Positions 42,486 to 52,260 of a stretch of DNA of 64,000 nt are shown piece after piece. This DNA is from Ramazzottius varieornatus (taxonomy: Eukaryota; Animalia; Tardigrada). The stretch is from the NCBI GenBank assembly GCA_001949185.1, contig BDGG01000002.1:6066448-6130447 (forward strand), read 5' to 3'. A program made the position numbers and the translations under genes. Within the stretch, counting starts at the first letter, position 1, and every line of letters begins with the position of its first letter. Below the pieces are notes generated by a model. It searched no databases. It was not told where the DNA came from and was given only the letters and a program-made list of their open reading frames with translations.

Positions 42486-42570
42486 CCGATGATAGCTCAG
42501 TGGTAGAGCGGGTGACTGTAGTACCCCCATAGTGATCACCAGGTCCTGAGTTGAATTCTCAGTCATCGGA
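42486..42570 (+). tRNA. tRNA-Tyr(GTA) with 13-nt intron (42522-42534); atypical T-loop
   Basis: Acceptor stem CCGATGA/TCATCGG plus A73, D-arm GCTC/GAGC, anticodon stem GGTGA/TCACC, intron after position 37, T-stem CTGAG/CTCAG. The T-loop is TTGAATT rather than TTCRANY. Confidence 0.82.
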
Positions 42571-43738
42571 AATGTTTCCTGCCTTCTAGTGACTATAGGC
42601 GTGAAAACCGGAGCCTAACTCTAACTTTTTGGCCTGCTGTTTCGAAAGGTCACGGCATCCCCGAGTCCCTAGTTTTCAGTAGATTTAAAAGGGCTTCGCA
42701 CTGTGGCTCCTATAATAAAATTTGATGGCAGGACCTGGCTGTATTCCTGGAGGGGCGAATGAACCCATTATCCGTTTTATCTTCAGAGTCAAGTGTAGAC
42801 CTTGGAGGGGCGAGCGGTGGGTTTGGTGTCGATGACGGTGTGTCGGACTGTCACCGCAGTGATCGACCTGCACGTCGTCGAAGTTCCACATGGGTCGCCG
42901 ACAGCATATTCTACTAATTTTGTAATTCTTACCGAAGACTCCCTGCGATATTATAATGGGAAGTGTAGTGAAGACTAACAGTGTTGTTTTGGTTAGTAAA
43001 AGCAGAAGTAAAACTACCCCTCAAAACCGGCTTTATCGACATTACCACGCTAATTTAAATTAGCGGTTCCCGGAGCCGACTTTTACTGTTTTTTTAAAAA
43101 TTATTTGAAGTCGAACCAGCAGGCTGTAGTAAAAGAAAGAAAATAAAGGACATAGCACTGTACTTTTTCCAGGTAAAACAATTCTACTAAACAAATGATC
43201 GTTCGGATATCCAATTAGTAAAACCGTGACTTTATCCAGTTTATCGCACGTCTGTACATGATGTGCCGTGCGTCGGTTTCCAACCTCGTTTAAACAGACC
43301 CACTGTTTGAATCCTCGTCTACGGTATGCCCCAGACGCTCCCACCGGCACTGGCCTCTACAGCTGATCAGATCGACGCGTGCTCGCGAACACTGATTCTA
43401 GTGATAAGTGCGAAAACTATATTTCGTACTATGCGCCGGACATAATTTAATACCGAATATTCTCAAATATATAACGATTTAATTTACTGGCGCTTCGTGA
43501 TAATATTAACGATAAGAAACACATTCTTGAAAATGTGATCGATCTTTTCATCACCACAATGGGTACTTGGTGGAGACCCCGTGAGTAAGGCTCCGTGCAC
43601 AGGAAACGCCAGACGGTGAGTAAATCAGGTTCACAGAAATGCGCTGACGGTGGGTGGGGCTTTTACCGATTTGAGCGCGAACTCGCAGCGTTGAAAGGGT
43701 GGTCATTGGGCCACCATGAGAGCCGCCTCTAAAGGCAT

Positions 43739-43837
43739 CCAATCACAGTCCTTTGCACCATGTTCTCTGTCTGACGTCACAGTTCATCGTTATGGTAATG
43801 GTATAAAAGCGTCTGGTCGCTCGGATCAAACTTTAGT
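43739..43837 (+). promoter_or_regulatory. Putative ODC core promoter (CCAAT, CRE, TATA, Inr)
   Basis: CCAAT 43739-43743, TGACGTCA 43772-43779, TATAAAA 43802-43808 and Inr-like TTAGT 43833-43837. A strong splice donor follows at 43984 (aag|gtaaga). Confidence 0.7.
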
Positions 43838-43854
43838 TTCATTACACAGCCACC

Positions 43855-44859
43855 ACGTACTGGAAGCCATTAAATCTCTCCCCATATTTTAACGCCGAAC
43901 GGGCGTTCCATCAGGCCAGGAACATCTTGAAAATTTCGCGACAGGGACCCATCTATCGAGCGGAGGTTTTCTTCATCAAGAAGGTAAGAAAACCGAGGTT
44001 CAAACCGTATTTCGTACTATGACCAGATCAAAAATTCGCCGTTGATTGACCCAGTGACAGGTCGTTCACGCGAAGGTACCTCTTCGAGTTGGCCTCCTTT
44101 CCTCTATCCTAACAGTTTCCTCTTCCGGATGGGCGCATTACGATGTGCCCTGCTGAGGAGTGATGTTGTCTAGGTCGAGGGAAAGACGGGGAAAGCGGAA
44201 ACGGCGAGTTGCGAAACAAGTTGAATTTTCCTGTTGGCAGATTTAATTTTGAGCTGGGTTCGGACTTCGTAGAAACCATCATATGATGTCACTGCACCCG
44301 GTTTTTACCATGTAGCATAGGCTCGGTTTCTACTCTTCAGGCTAATTCACACGCTCTTCACGTGGAATACAAGGTTTAGACTTGTGCGACGACGTTGGGC
44401 TGGCAGGTTTAGTTTTAGCCTTGAGGATGTCTGCTTAGCAAAGTCGCCCATCGCCCGCTAATGAGCGATGGCGAAAGAAGACTGGCGAGGGCATAATTAC
44501 CCAGATAGAAAAGTCACGATAAGTGACTAGAGTCCAAATTTCGAGGTGACGAGTTGATACAAGGTTGTTTGTTTCTATGTATTGCAGGGCGGTGCCCGTC
44601 GAGTTCGCTACAACAGCGCCAGCGGATTCCAGAACATTCACAAGAATTACTCGGTCTGTCCGGAACCTCCGCCGTCCTGTGCCTAACTAAATAAAGAACA
44701 CAACGAAGAAAGGCCCCGTCCTGCCAGCGTACCACACACGTCGCCAACGTAAGCGCAACACGCGCACAAATATTTCCTCAGATAACATTCCCCTCTAAAA
44801 TTCCTATGTTGTAACTGCAGGTTAGCTCCACGTACCCTCCTGCTTCAGTGAAGACCTGA
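43855..44859 (+). other. Spliced non-AUG (ACG) upstream ORF in the ODC leader, 55 codons
   Basis: GCCACC-ACG at 43849-43857. The frame is open for 43 codons to the donor at 43983/43984 and continues in phase 0 from 44821 to TGA at 44857-44859. Confidence 0.6.
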
Positions 44860-44919
44860 TCCGTATTCCTTCTTTTCTGTAAACTACCCGTTTGGTCCGT
44901 TACTCAACGACCAAACGCG

Positions 44920-47210
44920 ATGCAACTGTATTCTTCGCTGTCCAACCAAGAGACTGTACTCGCCGGTGATTCCTCACTAACCATTTATAGCTTCGATACT
45001 TCGCAAAGTAGCGTCCAAGACTTTGTCAATGAACACATCAAACATTCGGACCTCCACGGTAAAGATGACGCCTTCTACATCGTCAACCTCGGAGATGTCG
45101 TCCGCAAGTTTCATCTGTGGCGCGAGAAGCTGCCGCGCGTCGAACCATTCTACGGTAAATTACTTCCGTCAAACTTTTACTATTCCGATCTGAGCAAGAG
45201 TTTCTCGCTGTTGTAGCGGTGAAGTGCAATGATGACTTGGGCGTCCTGCAAACTCTGGCCGCTCTGGGAACGGGCTTCGATTGTGCCAGCAAGGCCGAGA
45301 TTGCGAAGGTGATGAATTTGGGTGTGGGGCCTGAACGTATCATCTTTGCTCATCCCTGCAAGACGGCGTCCCATATCAACTATGCTGCCGAGCACAACGT
45401 CCAGATGACCACCTTCGACAACGAACCCGAACTCCACAAGATCAAACGACTCTTCCCTCAAGCTGAACTGGTGCTTCGAATTCGCGCTGACGACCCTTTG
45501 GCCGTTTGTAATCTCGGTAAGAACCTCCCTCTTCTGAATTTCATAGTTTCCTCTCATTCAGAGTTAGCTTTTTGAAACTCAGCACTCGGCAAGTTATTTC
45601 CCGAGTAGCGCACTTCCTCAATTTGATTGGTCGATAGCGTGCGCCACTTGGGGCAGCCTTATTGAGTTTGTTTGCCTACGTTCTTGTGGTGTACGTATTT
45701 GTCATGCAGATTTGAAGGTCGGTGGTTTTTGACAGGTATCAAGTTTGGTGCAAAGTTGCCGGAAGCCAAGCGATTGCTCGGAGTGGCAAAAGACCTGCAG
45801 CTGAACGTCATCGGAGTGAGCTTCCATGTGGGCAGCGGCTGTACCAACGCTTCGGCCTACGGTAAAGCCATCTCATGGGCCAAGGAAGTCTTCGAACACG
45901 CAGAGTCCATCGGAATGAATTTGAACATGCTGGATATTGGTGGGGGCTACCCTGGTCAACAGGGAGCACCCATTACTTTCCAAGAGGTACCGGGAAGACT
46001 TTGAACATCCGAACATTGAATACATACGAGTTCAGTTTCAGAACCTGGATTTACGTGTTTGCCGATCTTTGTAGATTGTGGATGAAGTCAGTCCGGCTTT
46101 GGACAAATACTTTCCGCAAGAGTCTGGCGTTCGCATCATCGCCGAACCTGGACGCTTTTTTGCGGCATCGGCCTTCACGCTTTGCGTTAACATCGTGGCA
46201 AAGCGTGTCATCGAAGCTGATCAGGTACAACATTATGATAACAATCGCAGCTGAAGTGTAAAACGGCAAAGGAACTCGACAAGACTGTTTTACAAAAGTA
46301 GCGCGCTTTCTCACTGTTGTCAGTTGAAAGCGTGCGCCACTTGGGATGAATATACTGTTGAGTTAGATTGTTTTCCCAAGTGGCGCACGTTGTTAGTATT
46401 GTTGACGGGAAGCGTGCGCCACTTGGAAAAGGAGTTTTGAATTTGTCCGCCTGCATTGCTTAGGTGCCATATAGCAAGCTGACTCGAACGTTCTTATTTC
46501 CCAGGTCTCCCAAGACGAAGATGGTCCCAAGTTCATGTACTACGTCAATGACGGGGTGTACGGTTCGTTCAACTGTCTGCTGTACGACCACGCCACTGTG
46601 GACGTTAAAGTGCCACCCATCTACGTTCCTTCCGAACTGCACCGCGCTTCTATCTGGGGACCAACCTGCGACGGCATCGACTGCATCTCGGCCAAGTGCT
46701 GGTTGCCGGAAATGGACAGTGGCCAGTGGCTCATCTTTGAAGATATGGGCGCCTACACTTGCGCCGCGTCGTCCACCTTCAATGGCTTCTCCCGACCGGG
46801 CATGTTCTACGTCGCCCCACAAGAAGCCTTCGAGCAAGTTCGACCAACCACTTGTGGCATGACACGAACCACCAGCGCTTCCACTGATGAAGGAGTTTCG
46901 TTGGAAGACCATTTGATGAAGGAAGAATCCGTTACTGATGGTAATTTTCGTTTAGTTCATATGTCGAAGCTCGGCAAATACTTGATGAGATTTCCCGAAG
47001 TGGTACACGCTTTCGGCCAATAACAATGACTGCGTGTGCCACCTGGGAAAGCAATATTATATTGATTTCTTTGTCGTACACTCTTTGCATCTGTTGGTCT
47101 GATGTGCTTATCTGGTAGGCGAAGAGGAAATGGTGATGAGCTGTGCAATGCAAGGAGACAGTTACGAAATGCCGTCTTTCCAAGAAGTGGAGTTCTTCGA
47201 CAGCGATTAG
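44920..47210 (+). CDS. ODC1: Ornithine decarboxylase
   Basis: PFYAVKCND (PLP lysine), [47 protein letters not shown] (catalytic Cys) and MGAYT. Six coding exons. The last exon, 47119-47210, ends [29 protein letters not shown]. Confidence 0.95.
45599..45653 (-). repeat. Intronic hairpin element, copy 3
   Basis: TCCCGAGTAGCGCAC...tgATTGGtcgatagc-GTGCGCCACTTGGGG, in an ODC intron. Confidence 0.8.
46296..46430 (-). repeat. Intronic hairpin elements, tandem copies 4 (46296-46346) and 5 (46371-46430)
   Basis: AAGTAGCGCGC...GTGCGCCACTTGGGA, then TTTTCCCAAGTGGCGCACG...CGTGCGCCACTTGGAAAA, both in one ODC intron. Confidence 0.82.
46991..47050 (+). repeat. Intronic hairpin element, copy 6
   Basis: TTTCCCGAAGTGGTACACGC-tttcggCCAATaacaatgact-GCGTGTGCCACCTGGGAAA, in the last ODC intron. 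Confidence 0.8.
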
Positions 47211-47935
47211 AAGAAACGACTGAACCGAGAAAGCAAGAATAAAGAAAATGGAATAAAAAGAGTTGTCTTCGAATGCGTTCCTTTTTGTGTCTATGTTGTA
47301 TCGTCTATTTTATTTCTGAATATAATTTAAGCGGGAGTAGTGCGTAGAAGCCGGGAAAAAGGGTACTCTGGAGCAAACGCTGGGCTGACGTTGCTGTGGT
47401 ACGCTGTTGATGGGTTCACTTTTGTGAGGGAGCAGAAGAATGGCTAGCTGGCAAGGAAGATGGACCATGTTTTTAAGGGGATGATGTGTGTTTTTTATAA
47501 ATGCTTATTGGCTCTTTGATACCGTCGTCCAGACATCCTTCCACTAGCTGTCCTTTTTGTATTACTCGCTGTGGGAATTGGCGTTATGGCTGTTTTTATG
47601 TACTGTATTGTATCCTGTTTGAGAGTATAAGCTTGTTATTGTAGCGATATGATGCTGTGAAAGGCGGATGCACTCGTTATGATAAAGACAGAAAACCCAA
47701 AGCAGCATTGCTTTTCGCAGTTGACAGCTGCTCGCGGCTTAAGAGTTTCCCGCAGGACGCAACCGGAGGTCGCAACCACCGGAAATCTCAGTGCTACTCT
47801 AATCAGTCGCCAAGTTCTCCACAGAAGCCATGCGAAGTTTAGGCGTTTCCTGGGGCCAGCCGGGGCGACGATTGTGCGGAACATGTCAGAAGAACCGATG
47901 GGGATCCATGGTACTTTACAGAACGATAACCGCAG

Positions 47936-48202
47936 TGACGTCACTGCGGCCTACTGTCACGCCGTCTGGGTAGAACGGTAGCCGCTGACGTCAGCTCTTA
48001 ATCTAGAGCAAACTTTGTTCTAAACGAAAGAGCGAGACGGGCAGGCTCAGGCTGGCATGGATGAGTCGGTAGGGGACATGGAATGGCCTGACAAACCGCA
48101 CTGCGGAGGAATAAATTTGGCAGGCCGATATAAAACACTCTACCGGTACAGCCTTGAGACAAGCCTTCTGACTCAGGCTCCGCCCTGCATCACACCCACG
48201 TG
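47936..48202 (+). promoter_or_regulatory. Putative KLF promoter with two full CRE sites
   Basis: TGACGTCA at 47936-47943 and 47986-47993, TATAAAA 48129-48135, GC-box-like 48178-48185 and CACGTG 48197-48202. A third TGACGTCA lies in the intron at 48885-48892. Confidence 0.55.
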
Positions 48203-48535
48203 AAGTGACGTATCAGAGCGTTGTCTGAGGCTCGTGAAAGCGGCGTGATCACCTCGTGTCCAGAGGATGTCAACACTGTCTTGTTCTTTGAGCGCGCTTT
48301 GCGTGTCCACGCTGACTTCGAATGGTATTTCGTGCAATCTAGTCGCAACTTTACAAGCTTTGCTCTCCGCAAAGAAGAAATCTTCTCGTTCGCTGAATAT
48401 TTTCGCAATCGACAAGGAACTCACCAATCTGGAAGCCTGAAAGCCTCGAACCTCCCTCAGGTAAGGCCATTGTTTACTTGTTATTTCCCTGGAATAGTCA
48501 GGGGATTTTCATACGCAAGATCTTCTGATTACAGA

Positions 48536-50557
48536 ATGCCTCAAAATTTGACAGCCCAGGAGTTGGGATACTATGCTCCTCGGACACCTGACTCAAGTTT
48601 CTCTGGATCGGAGAAGGATGTGGCCGAAACGTTGCTGTCCATGCGTCAGGGGCAGTTTTTCACCCCTAGAGATCCCTCGGAAACTGCATCTGTCCAGACT
48701 GTCCCTCGCGACGACATGACGGTCCCTCCTCGCAAGCGCATGATGATACGAGCTTCTGCCGAAACTTCCCTCACTACGGTACGCGAATTTACTCTATCGT
48801 GAAATCCTCTATCATATCGGGAGGAAATGAAGGCTAGGATCTGGGGGCAAAAGGGATACATGGCCTGCTCGCCAACTTGGCCCATGACGTCACGCGCGAA
48901 CTGATAGGGGGTCTAAGCTGAAACGGGTGTGGGTACTCCGCACCCTAAGCCGAAACACACGGCGAAGTTTATGGGCGGCCACCAATATAGATGTGGCGGT
49001 TCTGATGAGTTTCCGACTCGAAAAGGAACCAATGAAGTGGGTGCGTGATCGAGGCTGGGCTAGACTATCATAGTGAATCATGAGTGTCTCATTGGGGTAT
49101 CACGAGTGTATATGTTGTTGTACACAAGGACCAGGTTCATCTCAAATTCTCAATCCTACGTCACCGCGTGCTGAACGTACTTTGGGGATCGCACAAAGTA
49201 CGCTATCAGGCCGTCAATGGATGGCGATCACGATGTGTGCGAGTGCTTCAGCGCGACGCGTGACACCATCTCGATTATCGAGCCCTCTCAAAGTTTATTA
49301 TTGGCCGCAAACTCACGCATTACGCATTCACCCGCTTTGACATGCGTAAAGAACGTGAAACCATCGTGGCCGATGGCTGGGTTTCCCGACAAGGTTTCCC
49401 CCATCAGGCGAGTTCGTGGTCCGTTAAGCAGCTGGCTCTTTGGTTTCACCGAAGGGTTCGCCACATGGGAGAACTTTGAGTCGTGCATCGGGCTGGACCT
49501 TGCCCACATGGCGTACGAGTTTCTACCGTACCTCTTGCCAGCATGGCGGACGAAGTTCATCCAAATAAACGCAAACAGACAGGCGTATTCCAAAGATTAG
49601 GTCGTTCGGCAACCCCGTTGGTACTTCGAAAGGACAAACCTTACGCGGTGAAGGTTCATGGCGTGATAGCATTCTGACGTTTTTCGTTTGCAGATGTCAC
49701 CTTCGCCCTCTCCTCCTCCGATCTCCCCGGCAGCGTCTGCTACCTTCTCGGATAAGGAAAATGCCGAAGACGGACCTGCGCGCACAGGAAATCAGGACGA
49801 GCATCATCGGTCTGTTCCAGTTAACGCATCGTCTCCCATCGCATCCTACCTTCCCATCATGACATTTCTGCAACCAGTCCAGCTGGTAATGTCCGAGTCT
49901 GGTCAGTCATTCCAGGGGTTCAGACAAGTTGACCACAACGTACTGCAGTTCATCCAACAAAACCAAAACTACACACAGTCGCACAATGCGCCAGTTGGTC
50001 AGGGAAGTGACGCGCTGCAGCAAGCGCATACGATGCATAATGCGCCGGTCATTCACGGTGGTCACTCATCACAGTACGCGCAGGTCTTGCGCATTGGTAA
50101 CAGCGACCAGGGTTCGCAAGTCCTGGTACCACTGTCAGCCCTTCAGTTTCCCATCAGGCGGGAAGAAGCCGCAGTGGTGATTCGACAGAGGAACTTCAAG
50201 TGCGACTCCTGCGAGAAGACGTACTACAAGAGCTCCCACCTTAAGGCACATGTCCGGACACACACGGGTGAGAAGCCCTACGTCTGCAGTCAGCACGAGT
50301 GTGACAAGCGGTTCGCCAGGTCTGACGAGCTCTCGCGTCACAAGAAGACTCATACCAACGAAAGGAACTTTGCTTGCGAACAGTGCGACAAACGGTTCAT
50401 GAGGAGTGACCATCTGAGGAAGCACGTCAAACGACACAACAAGGCGTCGGTGGCTGTGGCTGGTTCTACACGACACATTCTGAGCAAAGCCCAACTTCCT
50501 CAAGTTCAACCCATCCATGCCTTCTCTTTCCCTGCGACATTGACTGCTTCTGCGTAG
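48536..50557 (+). CDS. Kruppel-like factor, KLF10/11/cabut-like
   Basis: Exon 48536-48778 has a Sin3-interaction-like motif DVAETLLSM and PPRKR. Exon 49694-50557 has three C2H2 fingers ([11 protein letters not shown]...TGEKPY...[10 protein letters not shown]...FMRSDHL). Confidence 0.92.
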
Positions 50558-51053
50558 CGGATAATTATCTCCAATTACTTACGCTTTCTCGGTAAAATCA
50601 TAAATCATACTTATTCGTTGTACAGTCCTTTTTTTACTTCGTTGGACGACGTTGTTCCTTTTCGCGGCAGAGTTGTTTTCTGATTTCGTTAGGTCGTGCG
50701 CTGCGGTTCGCCTTGCATATTTTGTTTTGTGATTTTTCTTGTTTCGGCAATACTGTGACTGATTGTTTTTTTATGGAAAGAAGATTTGGGTTGTGTATCT
50801 TACCGGTCAGAAGAATTTAACATAAAGCGAAAAAGTATGGAACTGCGAAGTTTGAGGAATAAGTATTTGCGCCAGTTCGTTCTCGCTCGAGTAGGTGGCT
50901 GCAAAACAGAACAATCGTCAATTACCTATTACTAGATGCGCCTGTGTAGAACTGCAGTGCTGAAAATGCATCCCTTCCGAAGTATTCTTCCAATAGGTCC
51001 TCGTTGGTACTCCCTAATAAATTTCCCAAGAAAACTTTCCTGATGAAAGAACT

Positions 51054-51585
51054 TTAATCAGACTTTACGAGAGAATTTTCAATCCACGACCCCAACACAG
51101 AACTAACTGATATGCACACGGACCCATGGCACACGGTCTCGTTCTCCTCTTGGTCCAGCCCTTGCAAGGGTCGACCTCTCCAGCTTGTTCTCTCTACCAT
51201 GCTCTGTCTTTGGCAGATGCGAATCCATGGCAAAACACGAGGCGATCCTAGCTCCAGCACGGGCGCAAAAGTCCAGGTCTGCGTTGCTTTGTCGACATGG
51301 ATTTTAGGTGGTTCTTCGAGACCGTACATGAGAGTGCCTGTGCCCGCACACGCACTCGCATGTGCAGGTGGAGTGTTTTGTGGTTTGCGTAATAGTCCGA
51401 GCTGCTTCCAGCAAGTGGCACTGCGTTTTTCATCTGGAGTCATCTCCTACATTATTGAAATGAATTCCAGAAACTGCGAGCCATGCATTACTGATCTTCC
51501 CCAAGTCATTAAGAGTCCTTACCGTAACAGCAAGAAGTAAGCAGACGGACTTGTAAACCCTACCGGGTATTTCTGAATTATCCAT
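51054..51585 (-). CDS. Candidate two-exon orphan ORF (~151 aa), function unknown
   Basis: aaccATGg at 51585, a 63-nt exon and a 76-nt GT-AG intron (51447-51522) splice in phase 0 onto the 51054-51446 open frame. No recognisable domain. Confidence 0.3.
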
Positions 51586-52260
51586 GGTTCTTATCCATTC
51601 GGCACAACGCAGCAGCTAAGTATTCCCGAACGATCCATTGATAACCCAACTGCTGGCTTTGTGCAGCACAATCAATAGTTTCGGACGGTGGGTCGCTGTA
51701 TTTTGGCGCTAACCAGCATGAGTACAATGAGTACATCCCGATGTTGACGGTTGGGGATTAACGACTATCGAGATACCAATTTCGCAAAGCCAGCCTCAAT
51801 TTTCATCCACCAGACCGACTTTTGACAGCTCCACTAGAATTTACAATGTGTATTTGTCGCGTGTTTGCTGGCTGCTGATATTCAACGATCGCAGGGCGAG
51901 TACGTTGAACAGGAGCCCGTTGAAAAATTTGCGCAGTACTTTTATCATTTTCGTAATGAGTTTCGTCAGAGCCAGACTCAACATTTTATCGAACGATGAG
52001 TGAAACGTTTGTTCCTCTCATTGAAAATAACCAATGACGTACATCGAGCACTGTAATCAAAAGTTGTTGGAGTGACCGTGCATATCTTTGCGTAAATAAA
52101 GAAGAAAATATTAGGATAAAAAAGTCAACAAATAAATTATCACACGGAGAAGCGCTGCTAAGCCAACCTGGAAATCCTTCCTTGGGGAACTGCAGTTCAA
52201 AGTTACAGTCGCCGGTAACTGCAGAGGTAATCATTACTGGGCCCGATGATCCAACTTGCC

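Noticed and set aside
46296-46430. Repeat-spacer pattern as a CRISPR-like array
   Set aside because: The repeats alternate in orientation, lie in a eukaryotic intron and have no cas genes nearby; they are two tandem hairpin elements.
44920-47210. Gene as an inactive antizyme inhibitor
   Set aside because: The PLP lysine, catalytic Cys, His, Gly loop and MGAY Tyr are all intact, so ODC is preferred.
49217-49600. Overlapping sense and antisense ORFs in the KLF intron
   Set aside because: No recognisable motifs or supporting splice structure; likely chance ORFs.
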